From Nitrospirota bacterium (lineage in GTDB: Bacteria; Nitrospirota; Nitrospiria; JACQBW01): a stretch of 37,556 bases of DNA. The notes beneath the pieces are model-generated. The model did not search any database. It was not told where the DNA came from and saw only the letters and a program-made list of their open reading frames with translations. Position numbers and translations under genes: made by a program. Positions 1 to 8,621 of the stretch are shown one piece after another; the stretch's first letter is position 1; each line of letters opens with the position of its first letter. The stretch lies in the NCBI GenBank assembly GCA_016201875.1, contig JACQBY010000146.1, forward strand, positions 1 to 37,556, given 5' to 3'.

Positions 1-974
1 TCAATATTCATTTTGTCGTAAAGAATCCCCGAATAAAAGTCGACGTTTGAATGGAGCCCTTTATGGGAGAGAAGGTTTTCAGCGATTTTTTCGACCTCTT
101 CGGCAAGTTCATAAAAAGGGGATTTTCCCGCCTGATGAAAAAGCTGTTTGCTCAGTTTTTGCAGAATCGTTCCTCTCGGGTCCTTTAATTTATATTCCCT
201 GTGGCCGAATCCCATTATTTTTTCTTTATTCGCCAGTTTCTTCTGGATATAAGCGCTCGCGTTTTCTTTCGACCCGATCTCCCTTAACATCACCAGGACT
301 TCTTCATTTGCCCCTCCATGGAGGGGGCCTTTCAGGGTGCCGACGGCGGAGGAAACCACCGTGTAAGGATCTGCGAGGGTAGAGGCCGTCACCATGCCGG
401 AAAAGGTCGATGCATTCATGGTATGTTCGGCATGAAGGATCAGACAGATATCGAGAACCTTTGCGACAATGGGGTCGGGAACCTTTCCATGGAGCATATA
501 TAAGAAATTTGCGGAATGGTCTAAATCTTCGCGGGGAAGAATATGTTCGTCCCCTCCTCTCATTCGGTAATAAGCGGCAAGAATGGTGGGCATTTTGGCA
601 ATCAGGCGGACGGCCGAGATATATTGGGTTTCGGGATTGGTCACATCTTTGGCTTCGTAAAACATTCCCAGGGCGGCAACGGTCGCCTGAAGCGCATACA
701 TCGGATGCCCGCTTTCGGGGAGGCATTTCATCAGGTCGGTGATCCTGAATTTTATCCGGCGATGCGCCCGAACATCGGCTTCAAAAGTTTCCAGCTCTTT
801 TTTGCCTGGTAGATGGCCGAATAAAAGGAGGTAAGCCGTTTCGATAAAGGTGCTCTGTTCGGCAAGCTGTTCAATGGATATCCCGCGATATTCCAGGATT
901 CCTTTTTCACCGTCAAGGTAGCTGATTTTTGATTTTGCTGCGGGCACTCCTGAAAGACCCGGAGAGTATTCCAT
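1..974 (-). CDS. gltA: Citrate synthase, partial. The 3' end lies beyond the window's left edge.
   Basis: It is absent from the ORF track because it runs off the edge. Manual reverse-complement translation from the ATG at 974-972 gives MEYSPGLSGVPAAKSKISYLDGEKGILEYRGISIEQLAEQSTFIETAYLLLFGHLP...LILHAEHTMNASTF...GPLHGGANE...GFGHREYKLKDPRG...HSNVDFYSGILY, with no stop down to position 1. These are classic citrate synthase motifs. A GAAGGGGGG Shine-Dalgarno-like run sits just upstream. The short ORFs listed for 47-1024 are shadows of this gene. Confidence 0.9.
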   Translation of the reverse strand, partial: MEYSPGLSGVPAAKSKISYLDGEKGILEYRGISIEQLAEQSTFIETAYLLLFGHLPGKKELETFEADVRAHRRIKFRITDLMKCLPESGHPMYALQATVAALGMFYEAKDVTNPETQYISAVRLIAKMPTILAAYYRMRGGDEHILPREDLDHSANFLYMLHGKVPDPIVAKVLDICLILHAEHTMNASTFSGMVTASTLADPYTVVSSAVGTLKGPLHGGANEEVLVMLREIGSKENASAYIQKKLANKEKIMGFGHREYKLKDPRGTILQKLSKQLFHQAGKSPFYELAEEVEKIAENLLSHKGLHSNVDFYSGILYDKMNI

Positions 975-1092
975 ATCTGACCCCCTTCATGGTTATTTGA
1001 TGAATTGAATTTAAAAAGCGCCATTCTGATTGAACCTGCCCCTCTGGCAGCAGAAACAGCTAAAGTTTACTTGAAACCGGACTCATGTTCAA

Positions 1093-1120
1093 ATTATAAC
1101 ATGGCCCGGGTTAAGGGCAA
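1093..1120 (-). promoter_or_regulatory. Putative sigma70-type promoter for citrate synthase, with an extended -10
   Basis: On the minus strand: TTGCCC (1120-1115), a 16-nt spacer, then TGT-TATAAT (TATAAT at 1098-1093, preceded by TGT). This is a consensus match only. Confidence 0.4.
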
Positions 1121-1169
1121 CCCAGGCCGGAGGCCTCCATTTGCGGCAAGAAAAAACTCAGGCTCTTGA

Positions 1170-1198
1170 TTGAAATATTTTATCAATTAGATTATATT
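1170..1198 (+). promoter_or_regulatory. Putative sigma70-type promoter for hemF
   Basis: TTGAAA (1170-1175), a 17-nt spacer, then TATATT (1193-1198), about 25 nt upstream of the GTG start at 1224. This is a consensus match only. Confidence 0.45.
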
Positions 1199-1223
1199 AT
1201 CTTCCACAACAGGATGGTAAACC

Positions 1224-2048
1224 GTGAATTTAAAGGCGAATAAAACAACCGATCTCCGGGTAGAGGCTGAGACTTATTTTAACGACCTCCGCGACCGTAT
1301 TTGCGAAAAATTCGAGGAGATCGACGGCGGGTCTTCTTTCCAGCGGAGCCCCTGGAAGAGAGACAATGGCGGCGGCGGCGGCGTCATTTCGGTGATGAAG
1401 GGGAAGGTCTTTGAGAAAGTAGGGGTGAATTGTTCTACGGTTTTTGGAGAACTTGACCCTGAATTTGGAGAAAAGATTCCGGGATACCAGAACCATTTCT
1501 TTGCGACCGGAGTCTCCCTGGTCGCCCACATGGTCAATCCTCTGGTCCCTGCGGTCCACATGAACCTCCGGTATATTGAGACAGACCACTCCTGGTTCGG
1601 GGGAGGAACCGATATGACCCCCTATTTCCCGTTTGAAGAAGATACCCGGGAGTTTCATCAAGCCCTGAAAGGGGCCTGTGACAAGCATGACACCGCCTAT
1701 CACCCCAGGTTTAAAAAGTGGTGTGACGAATATTTTTATCTGGAACATCGTAAGGAACCGAGGGGAATCGGGGGGATTTTCTTCGATTACCTCAAAGAGG
1801 ACCTCAACAAGGACTTTCTTTTTGTTAAAGAGGTGGGAGAGGCTTTTCTCAATATTTATCCCGCGATTGCCAGCCGCCGCAAAAACATCCCTTTTACCGA
1901 CGAGCAGAAAGAGCATCAACTCTATCGGCGCGGACGGTATGTCGAGTTTAATTTAATGTATGACCGCGGAACGATCTTCGGGCTAAAAACCGGCGGGAAT
2001 ATTGATGCGATTCTCATGTCTCTTCCGCCCGTCGTCAAATGGAAATGA
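1224..2048 (+). CDS. hemF: Oxygen-dependent coproporphyrinogen III oxidase
   Basis: The 274-aa ORF has a GTG start. The N-terminus ...FQRSPWKRDNGGGGGVISVMKGKVFEKVGVNCSTVFGE... and ...GGIFFDYL...RRGRYVEFNLMYDRGTIFGLKTGGN... match the HemF family pattern along the whole length. Confidence 0.9.
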   Translation: MNLKANKTTDLRVEAETYFNDLRDRICEKFEEIDGGSSFQRSPWKRDNGGGGGVISVMKGKVFEKVGVNCSTVFGELDPEFGEKIPGYQNHFFATGVSLVAHMVNPLVPAVHMNLRYIETDHSWFGGGTDMTPYFPFEEDTREFHQALKGACDKHDTAYHPRFKKWCDEYFYLEHRKEPRGIGGIFFDYLKEDLNKDFLFVKEVGEAFLNIYPAIASRRKNIPFTDEQKEHQLYRRGRYVEFNLMYDRGTIFGLKTGGNIDAILMSLPPVVKWK

Positions 2049-2058
2049 AGGGGCTGAT

Positions 2059-2571
2059 GTGCCGATTAAACGGCGAACATTGCTCAAGGGGTTGATCATT
2101 CTGGGCGCCAGCCTGGTTCCCAGGGTTTTTGGCCTGATGCCGGCGCGGGCGGCGGAGGCGAAGCGTCCGTTTGAAGTGACAAAGACCGACGAGGAGTGGC
2201 AGAAGATGCTCACCCCGGAGCAGTATCGTGTCCTCCGGCAGGAGTGGACCGAACCCCCGTTTCAAAACAAATACCACGACCAAAAAGAAAAAGGGACCTA
2301 CCACTGCGCCGGTTGCGGTCTGGGCCTCTTTTCATGGCGGCAGAAGTATGACAGCGGGACAGGGTGGCCCGGCTTCTGGCAGCCGATGTTTTCCGACGCG
2401 ATTGGTACGAGGACCGATTGGAAGATGCTCTATCCCCGGACCGAGGTCCATTGCGCGCGTTGCGGCGGCCACCTGGGGCACGTTTTTAACGATGGTCCCG
2501 CGCCGACCTATCTTCGCTATTGCATCAATTCGGCCGCGCTGATTTTCAAACCGTCATCGGCAAGGGAGTGA
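2059..2571 (+). CDS. msrB: Peptide-methionine (R)-S-oxide reductase MsrB with a predicted Tat signal peptide
   Basis: The ORF track starts at 2002, inside hemF. An in-frame GTG at 2059 follows GAAGGGG and lies after the hemF stop (2046-2048). The N-terminus VPIKRRTLLKGLIILGASLVPRVFGLMPARAAEA has a twin-arginine motif, a hydrophobic region and an AxA site. The mature part carries MsrB motifs: two CxxC pairs (CAGCG, CARCG), GHLGHVF and RYCINS. Confidence 0.85.
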   Translation: MPIKRRTLLKGLIILGASLVPRVFGLMPARAAEAKRPFEVTKTDEEWQKMLTPEQYRVLRQEWTEPPFQNKYHDQKEKGTYHCAGCGLGLFSWRQKYDSGTGWPGFWQPMFSDAIGTRTDWKMLYPRTEVHCARCGGHLGHVFNDGPAPTYLRYCINSAALIFKPSSARE

Positions 2572-2651
2572 TCCGTTGAGCCTGGAGTTTTATCTGGTGG
2601 GGTCAAATCTTTTGTTGCATATTACTTTTAAATCTGCTATTGCTGGTTATT

Positions 2652-3617
2652 ATGTCCCGACCGCTTCGCATAGAATATCCTGGTGCTGTCTACCACGTTA
2701 TGAATCGTGGAAGGAGCCGGCAAAAAGTTTTTTTAGAAAAGAATGATTTTGAAGGATTCTTAAAGACATTGGCAGAGGCCCATGAACTCTGGGGGGTGGA
2801 GATATTGGCCTATTGCCTGATGGAAAACCATTACCATCTCTGCCTACGAACCCCGGAAGGAAATCTCTCACGGGTCATGCGGCATATCGATGGGCTATAT
2901 ACGCAGCGGTTTAACCGGACGCATCGACGGGACGGACCGCTCTTCCGGGGGAGGTATAAAGCCATCGTCGTCGATGCGGATACATACTTAACCTCTGTGG
3001 TGCGATATATCCATTTAAATTCCGCAGAGGCAAAAATCACTCAGAGCCCGGATGATTATAGGTGGAGCAGCCATAGGGCCTACCTGGATGCGAAACGGGC
3101 ACCAAAGTGGCTGGCGGTTAAAGAAGTATTGGGTTATTTTAAGAACGGTCAGGAATATCATCGTTTTATTTTTGCCGGAAACGAAGAAAAGATAAAAGAC
3201 TTCTATGGCCGGGAACATACCCGCCCGGTTCTGGGAGAAGCAGGATTCATTGAGAGGATCAAGCAACGGGTTGTGGGAATGGACCGGGAGCATCCCCGGT
3301 ATGAACGGGCGGCCCTCCGGCCGGCGATTCAGCGGGTTCAGGAGGCGGTAGCAAGAGCTTACAAGGTGAAATTGGATGAAGTCGTTCAGGGACACCGGGG
3401 GAAAAGGAGTGAAGCCCGCAAGGTGGGAATGTATCTCGTGAAGCGGCTATGTGATATAACCCTGCAACAGACCGCCGACAGTTTTGGCGTGGGGAGTTAC
3501 GGTGTTGTGGGGTGGGCCTGTCACGGGGTACGGGAGAAACTAAAGTTGGACGGGGGATTCCGGAGGCGGGTCGAAGGAATTGAGCGTGAGATCAAACACA
3601 ATCAACAAAAGATTTAA
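2652..3617 (+). CDS. IS200/IS605-family Y1 (HUH) transposase-like / RAYT-like protein with a C-terminal DnaA domain-IV-like HTH
   Basis: ATG at 2652 (the track's TTG at 2640 is less likely). MSRPLRIEYPGAVYHVMNRG..., the HUH motif in LMENHYHLCL and the Tyr motif RYIHLN are typical of COG1943/Y1_Tnp. The C-terminal RSEARKVGMYLVKRLCDITLQQTADSFGVGSYGVVGWACHGVREKL resembles the DnaA C-terminal DNA-binding domain. Confidence 0.75.
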   Translation: MSRPLRIEYPGAVYHVMNRGRSRQKVFLEKNDFEGFLKTLAEAHELWGVEILAYCLMENHYHLCLRTPEGNLSRVMRHIDGLYTQRFNRTHRRDGPLFRGRYKAIVVDADTYLTSVVRYIHLNSAEAKITQSPDDYRWSSHRAYLDAKRAPKWLAVKEVLGYFKNGQEYHRFIFAGNEEKIKDFYGREHTRPVLGEAGFIERIKQRVVGMDREHPRYERAALRPAIQRVQEAVARAYKVKLDEVVQGHRGKRSEARKVGMYLVKRLCDITLQQTADSFGVGSYGVVGWACHGVREKLKLDGGFRRRVEGIEREIKHNQQKI

Positions 3618-3646
3618 TAGGTGACCCCTTGGCTACGAAGATGGAA

Positions 3647-3943
3647 TTAGCAGGCGGTTGGTTGGTCAATCTCGACATGGAGTTTGATTTCTTTTAAGAT
3701 GTTGGCCACTCTCAAACACTCCTCCAGACTTCCCGAGTAACAGACCGCCCTCCCCTTATTGTGAGCTTCAAGAACAATCTCCACCGATTTTTCAAGAGAA
3801 ACTCCGGTGGCTTTTTGCACCTGGAGAATGACCTCGTCAAAAGGATGCCAATCATCATTATATAAGATCACATTCCATGGAAGATCGGTCTGAATTTCAG
3901 AGTCAATCTCTTCGGCTAAAAGGGTTCCGGGCCGGTCGCTCAT
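3647..3943 (-). CDS. clpS: ATP-dependent Clp protease adaptor ClpS family protein
   Basis: ...WNVILYNDDWHPFDEVILQVQKATGVSLEKSVEIVLEAHNKGRAVCYSGSLEECLRVANIL... fits the ClpS core fold pattern. The ATG at 3943-3941 overlaps the upstream gene's TGA by 1 nt (TGATG). The track's start at 3946 is a TTG. Confidence 0.8.
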   Translation of the reverse strand: MSDRPGTLLAEEIDSEIQTDLPWNVILYNDDWHPFDEVILQVQKATGVSLEKSVEIVLEAHNKGRAVCYSGSLEECLRVANILKEIKLHVEIDQPTAC

Positions 3944-6018
3944 CAAGAAAGTCCTTTATTTTCCATGATCAGGTTTTTTAGCGCGTCAAAAGAGGTGACG
4001 GGAGGGAGACAGGTAAAATTCTGGCAGAGGTAGGCCGTGGTTTTCCCTCCAATCGTCTTTTTCCCGGAGAGGTGTTTCAATGCAGGATGAGCTTCGGCCT
4101 CTTTTTCTGTTGTCGCGAAGAGGGTTGTTCCCGCCAGATAGAGGGGGTTCAGCTGATCGAGCCAGGGGGCGAGTTCTTCTTTTTCGGCGCCGACGAGGAC
4201 TATCTGGGACGCATGCCGGTAATCATCGTAGGCGCAGAGGAAGCTCCCAAAGCCAAAAGGATTTTCTTCCATCTCTTTTCCGTAGAGTTTAAATAAGCCG
4301 TCGGCAAAATCGCGGTAGGCAGGTCTGCCGGCATGGGCATGAAGCCGGACTAAATTTTTAGCCGAAACGCCATTTCCCGAGGGTATCGAATGATCATGCC
4401 CGCTTTTGGGCCTGTTAATGAGAGATTCATGGTCCATGCCGGTAAAATAAAACCCCCCTTCTTCCCTGTCCCAGAAACCGGCCAGTAAATGGTCGGCAAG
4501 GAGAGTGGCTTTTTCAAGATACTCCTTCCGGAAAGTGACTTCATAAAGATCCAGAAGCGCCGCCGTCAGAAAGGCATAATCGTCGAGATAACCGTTGAGT
4601 TTCGCCTTTCCATCTTTATAGACGGCCAACAGTTTATCATTCTGGTAAAGGTGTTTAAAGATAAATTCGATCCCTTTTTCGGCAGCGGAGAGATATCGTT
4701 TGTCTCCGATCACGCGGAACCCTTCGATAAAGGCAGAGATCATCAGGCCATTCCAGCCAGTGAGGATTTTTTCATCGCGGAAAGGCTTCATCCGGGACTC
4801 TCTGATATCAAAAAGTGTTTTTTTACAGGCAGCAATTTTTTCTTCAAGAACTTCCGGCGAGAGGTTGAATTCACGGCCGATTCCGGCGGCGTCATGGGGG
4901 ATATTGAGAATGTTGCTCCCTTCAAAGTTTCCCCTCTGTGTGACGCCGAAATAACGGCAAAAGATCTGGCTCTCGGCCGGAGGGAGAAGCTGTTCGATCT
5001 CTTCGAGCGTCCAGACAAAAAACATTCCTTCGACTCCTTCGCTGTCGGCGTCCTGAGTTGAATAAAATCCTCCCTCCGGAGAGGTCATTTCGCGGAGGAC
5101 ATAATCGAGCGTTTCGGCGGCGATCTGCCTGAACCGAGGGTTAAGAGACAATTGATATCCATGCAAATAAAGGGGGACAAGCTGGGCATTGTCATAAAGC
5201 ATCTTTTCAAAATGGGGCACCAGCCACCGCTCATCGACGGAATAGCGGTGGAATCCTCCACCCAGATGGTCGTAAATCCCCCCGGTCCCCATTTTGTAGA
5301 GGGTCAGAAGCGCCCGGTTTAAATAAGAGGCCTCGCCGCTCCGGTGGTAATGGCGTAAATAAAGCTCATGGGTCATGGTGTTGGGAAATTTCGGCGCCCC
5401 CCCGAACCCGCCGTTTGAGGGGTCGAAAAACCGGTCTAACGACCGGACGCTTTTTTCAACAAGGTCTGCCGGGAGGGCCTCTTTTTTAGGGCGGACTTTT
5501 CCGACCTGCGAAAGGTTGGTTAAGACCTGAGCCGACTGGGTCAGGATTTCATGCCGGTTTTCGGCGTAGGTTTTCGCCACCGCCCCTAAAACTCTCGAAA
5601 AACCCGGAAGGTTGTAGCGGTCTTCCGGCGGGAAATAGGTCCCTCCATGAAAGGGGACCCCTTCGGGGGTTAAAAACATGGTCAGGGGCCATCCCCCGCC
5701 CCTCTTGATAAAAAACTGGACGGCATTTTGATAGATCTGGTCCAGATCGGGGCGTTCTTCCCGGTCGACTTTGATATTGATAAAATGCCGGTTCATGACC
5801 GCCGCGATCGCTTCGTCTTCAAAAGACTCTTTTTCCATGACATGGCACCAATGGCAGGCCGAATAGCCGATGCTCAGGAGGATCGGTTTGTCCTCTTTTT
5901 TTGCGCGGGATAAGGCTTCGTCTCCCCAGCTTTGCCATTCGACGGGATTATGGGCATGCTGGAGGAGGTAGGGGCTTGTTTCATGGATCAGGGCGTTCGT
6001 ATATTTGTGGCCAGACAT
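3943..6018 (-). CDS. Thioredoxin-domain protein (DUF255 / YyaL-like) with a six-hairpin glycosidase-like C-terminal region
   Basis: 691 aa. N-terminal ...[45 protein letters not shown]... (CxxC thioredoxin-like DUF255 signature), followed by a long alpha-helical region typical of this family. Confidence 0.8.
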   Translation of the reverse strand: MSGHKYTNALIHETSPYLLQHAHNPVEWQSWGDEALSRAKKEDKPILLSIGYSACHWCHVMEKESFEDEAIAAVMNRHFINIKVDREERPDLDQIYQNAVQFFIKRGGGWPLTMFLTPEGVPFHGGTYFPPEDRYNLPGFSRVLGAVAKTYAENRHEILTQSAQVLTNLSQVGKVRPKKEALPADLVEKSVRSLDRFFDPSNGGFGGAPKFPNTMTHELYLRHYHRSGEASYLNRALLTLYKMGTGGIYDHLGGGFHRYSVDERWLVPHFEKMLYDNAQLVPLYLHGYQLSLNPRFRQIAAETLDYVLREMTSPEGGFYSTQDADSEGVEGMFFVWTLEEIEQLLPPAESQIFCRYFGVTQRGNFEGSNILNIPHDAAGIGREFNLSPEVLEEKIAACKKTLFDIRESRMKPFRDEKILTGWNGLMISAFIEGFRVIGDKRYLSAAEKGIEFIFKHLYQNDKLLAVYKDGKAKLNGYLDDYAFLTAALLDLYEVTFRKEYLEKATLLADHLLAGFWDREEGGFYFTGMDHESLINRPKSGHDHSIPSGNGVSAKNLVRLHAHAGRPAYRDFADGLFKLYGKEMEENPFGFGSFLCAYDDYRHASQIVLVGAEKEELAPWLDQLNPLYLAGTTLFATTEKEAEAHPALKHLSGKKTIGGKTTAYLCQNFTCLPPVTSFDALKNLIMENKGLS

Positions 6019-6121
6019 GGTCTCTCCGGATAACAGGTGATGGGTCTATTCTATGAAGGTTGGGCATTGGAGTAAACAAAAATCACTAGACAGCCTAAAT
6101 GTAAAAAAGCTATGATGAATC

Positions 6122-6739
6122 GTGCGGTTAGAGAGAGATTTTTTTCTCAGGTCTCCCGAAGTTGTCGCAAAAGATCTTCTGGGAAAATCATTATATTTTA
6201 AGGGGAGTCGAGTCGTTATCATCGAAGCAGAATCTTATGGCGTCGATGACCCTGCCTGCCATGCATTCAGAGGGAAAACCCGGCGGAACGAACCGATGTT
6301 TAAAGAAGGGGGCAGGAGCTACGTCTATTTTATTTACGGGATGCATTACTGCTTTAACGTGGTCACCGGAAAAGAGGGGACCCCTTCCGCCGTATTGATC
6401 AGGGGGGGTATTCCGGTGGCCGGATTAGAAGAAATCCAGAGGCGGCGGGGAAAAAAGGAAAAAGCGGAAAAAATTCTTGTCGGACCCGGGAATTTCTGCA
6501 AAGGCCTTGGCATTTCCCGCGAACAGAATGATCTGGACCTCTGCAAATCCTCCGATTTTTATTTTTATGAAGGGGACGCCGAAGGAGTGGAACGCTCGAT
6601 GGAATGTTCTCCCCGAATCGGGATCTCCGAGGGGAAAGACAAGCTCTGGCGTTTTTTCCTCAAAGATCTTTATTTAGATTTGGCTGCGATGAAATTGAAA
6701 AAAAATTATCTGATGAGAAAGGGTGCAAAAAAGAGATGA
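6122..6739 (+). CDS. mpg: DNA-3-methyladenine glycosylase (Mpg/AAG family)
   Basis: GTG start. FFLRSPEVVAKDLLGKSL...IIEAESYGVDDPACHAFRGKTRRNEPMFKEGGRSYVYFIYGMHYCFNVV...AVLIRG matches the AAG-family signature. Confidence 0.85.
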   Translation: MRLERDFFLRSPEVVAKDLLGKSLYFKGSRVVIIEAESYGVDDPACHAFRGKTRRNEPMFKEGGRSYVYFIYGMHYCFNVVTGKEGTPSAVLIRGGIPVAGLEEIQRRRGKKEKAEKILVGPGNFCKGLGISREQNDLDLCKSSDFYFYEGDAEGVERSMECSPRIGISEGKDKLWRFFLKDLYLDLAAMKLKKNYLMRKGAKKR

Positions 6740-8304
6740 TCCCGAAAGAGGTAAATTCATTTGCCGAAATTTACCATCAGAAAACCAAGTATTTCAGGGA
6801 AGAGATTGCCAGCCATCCGAGACAGCTCGATTGGAGCGCTCAGCCTTCTCCCTTTAAGGAGTATCACTCGGAGCATAAGGTCGATCTGACCCCATATCTC
6901 CCTTTTCAAAAAAATCCGTTTACCGGAAAACCGCTCGGTTATCCCCCTCTTGAGCAAGAAGAGGGGTTAAGTCTGGGGAATATCTCCCGGCTTTTATATT
7001 TCAGCAACGGGGTGACCGGAATACTGGAGTATCCCAATGGATCAAAGCTTTACCTGAGAGCCGCTCCGACTGCAGGGGGGTTATATCCGACCGAACTTTA
7101 TGTCGCGGTCAGAAATGTACCGCATCTGGAGAATGGGATCTATAATTTTCAGGTGAAGGACCACTCGCTGGTACCCCTCTGGGAGGGAAATTTCTGGAAT
7201 GAGTTCAGCCGGTTTTGTTTTGGCCATGAGGCGATAGAACAGTCGGACCTGCTGATCATTATGACCGCCGTTTTCTTGCGAAGCTCCTGGCGTTACGAAG
7301 ACCGGGCTTACCGGAGGATACTCCTTGATACCGGCCATATTCTGGGGAATCTCAACTGTTGCGCCAGAAAAGAAGGTCTGGGGGTTTATCCCATCAGCGG
7401 ATTTTTTGATCAGGCGCTCAACCGGCTTCTTTTCCTCGAGGAGGATAAAGAGGGGGTGCTGATGATGGCGGCCCTCCCTCAGTTAAAGACCCTGAGAGCT
7501 CAAGATATCCGGAGGAGTTCGGTCTACCCCTCGCCTGCCGGCATGGAGGAGCCCGATTTAAAAAAAGGTCTTTTGCTCGGGCTTCATCAGGCTTCCTATC
7601 TCTGGCAGGGGAACTCCCTTCCGGAGGAAGAAGCCGCCGCCGACTCTTATTCGCCCGGAGACAAATGGATTTCGTGCCTCTCCATTTCCCTGCCGGGAAA
7701 ACCGCTTGATTTTTCAGAAAAAGAGATGGAACAGACGATTCTGGAGAGAAGGTCGACCCGGGCTTATTCCGGTCAGCCGTTATTTAAAGATGAACTGGCC
7801 GATCTGCTGGCGTTTGCCTATGAGCCGGCCATTTTAAGGGATGAGCGCGAGTCGGAAAACCGGGGAAGCCCCCGGGTATTTGACCCCTCTTTACTTGAGA
7901 CGTTTGTGATTGTTCATGGCGTGATTGAAATTGATCCCGGAGTTTATTATTATGCTCCTGGTGAACAGGAACTCCGCCTGGTCCGGGCCGGCCTGTTCAA
8001 ACAAACCGCCTGGGAGTTCTGTCTCGGCCAGGAGCTGGGGAGAGACGCCGCCATTGTCGTGGTCCATGCGTCTCATTTGCCCCATGCGGTCGCCAGGTAT
8101 GGAAACAGGGCTTACCGGTATCTTCACCTCGATGCGGGGCATCTGGGGCAGAGGCTTAACCTGGCGGCGGTTCAAATGGGCCTTGGCGCCAGCGGGATCG
8201 GCGGATTTTTTGACGATGAGGTGAATGGACTCCTTCAGCTTCCTTTAGAAGAAGCGATTGTTTATGTGACAACCATCGGAAGGCCTGCGCCAACCGGCGG
8301 TTAA
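6736..8304 (+). CDS. Two-domain SagB/ThcOx-type nitroreductase-superfamily protein
   Basis: The ATG at 6736 overlaps the mpg stop (ATGA); the track's 6604 start lies inside mpg. The N-terminal half has AEIYHQKTKY...RAAPTAGGLYPTELYV... (SagB-type signature). The C-terminal half has ILERRSTRAYSGQPL...HLDAGHLGQRLNLAA...GASGIGGFFDD (a nitroreductase fold repeated). Confidence 0.7.
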   Translation: MIPKEVNSFAEIYHQKTKYFREEIASHPRQLDWSAQPSPFKEYHSEHKVDLTPYLPFQKNPFTGKPLGYPPLEQEEGLSLGNISRLLYFSNGVTGILEYPNGSKLYLRAAPTAGGLYPTELYVAVRNVPHLENGIYNFQVKDHSLVPLWEGNFWNEFSRFCFGHEAIEQSDLLIIMTAVFLRSSWRYEDRAYRRILLDTGHILGNLNCCARKEGLGVYPISGFFDQALNRLLFLEEDKEGVLMMAALPQLKTLRAQDIRRSSVYPSPAGMEEPDLKKGLLLGLHQASYLWQGNSLPEEEAAADSYSPGDKWISCLSISLPGKPLDFSEKEMEQTILERRSTRAYSGQPLFKDELADLLAFAYEPAILRDERESENRGSPRVFDPSLLETFVIVHGVIEIDPGVYYYAPGEQELRLVRAGLFKQTAWEFCLGQELGRDAAIVVVHASHLPHAVARYGNRAYRYLHLDAGHLGQRLNLAAVQMGLGASGIGGFFDDEVNGLLQLPLEEAIVYVTTIGRPAPTGG

Positions 8305-8346
8305 TCTGGAAAAAAAGAGATAGAAGCGGGGGAAGGGGTATGATCG

Positions 8347-8592
8347 ATGGATGATTTTGAAGAAGGGCGAACTCAGTTTTTACAGATACTCAAAAAGATT
8401 GATCCCGGGGCGCAGGCGGTGATTCCCGTTGCGCCTTCTAACGGCCATTTTCTGATTTCCCTGACAAGGAAAAAAGCAAGGAAATTTCTCATGGTCTCGG
8501 AAGATGACATCCTTGACCTCCCGGCCGATCACACGATTCAAAACGAAATTGAAGAGCAGATCAAAGAAACCCTGGAGTCAATTAAAGACTGA
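8347..8592 (+). CDS. Hypothetical protein (81 aa, acidic C-terminus)
   Basis: The ORF has a G-rich Shine-Dalgarno-like run (GGGGAAGGGG) upstream and fits tightly between its neighbours. I recognise no motif. Confidence 0.5.
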   Translation: MDDFEEGRTQFLQILKKIDPGAQAVIPVAPSNGHFLISLTRKKARKFLMVSEDDILDLPADHTIQNEIEEQIKETLESIKD

Positions 8593-8621
8593 ACTTAATT
8601 AGAAAAGGATCCGGAGAAGAT

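Noticed and set aside
47-1024. A cluster of short overlapping ORFs (47-382, 304-726, 318-503, 410-742, 543-812, 752-1024) that could be read as small genes.
   Set aside because: The real gene here is the edge-truncated minus-strand citrate synthase (1-974), which the ORF track omits. The listed ORFs are off-frame artefacts.
1166-1186. TTGAT...ATCAA upstream of hemF as an FNR/CRP-family box.
   Set aside because: The half-sites are 11 nt apart, whereas the FNR consensus is TTGAT-N4-ATCAA. The same bases are better explained as part of the predicted -35 and spacer region.
2002-2058. N-terminal extensions suggested by the longest-ORF starts: msrB 2002, SagB-like 6604, ridA 14231, RDD 15885, aat 22238 and hpt 35268.
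   Set aside because: The extensions overlap the preceding gene or add residues not seen in the families. Internal starts (2059, 6736, 14249, 15846, 22166, 35349) give canonical N-termini, and in two cases ATGA-type coupling.
2599-3628. A 7-nt inverted match (GGGGTCA at 2599-2605, TGACCCC at 3622-3628) flanking the RAYT-like gene, as possible IS ends.
   Set aside because: It is too short to distinguish from chance, has no hairpin structure of the IS200/IS605 type, and is unrelated to the REP-like units at 21535-21631.
8347-8592. The 81-aa ORF next to the SagB-like gene as a possible TOMM/RiPP precursor peptide.
   Set aside because: It has no Cys/Ser/Thr-rich core and no leader-like motif. 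No YcaO or cyclodehydratase is in the window.
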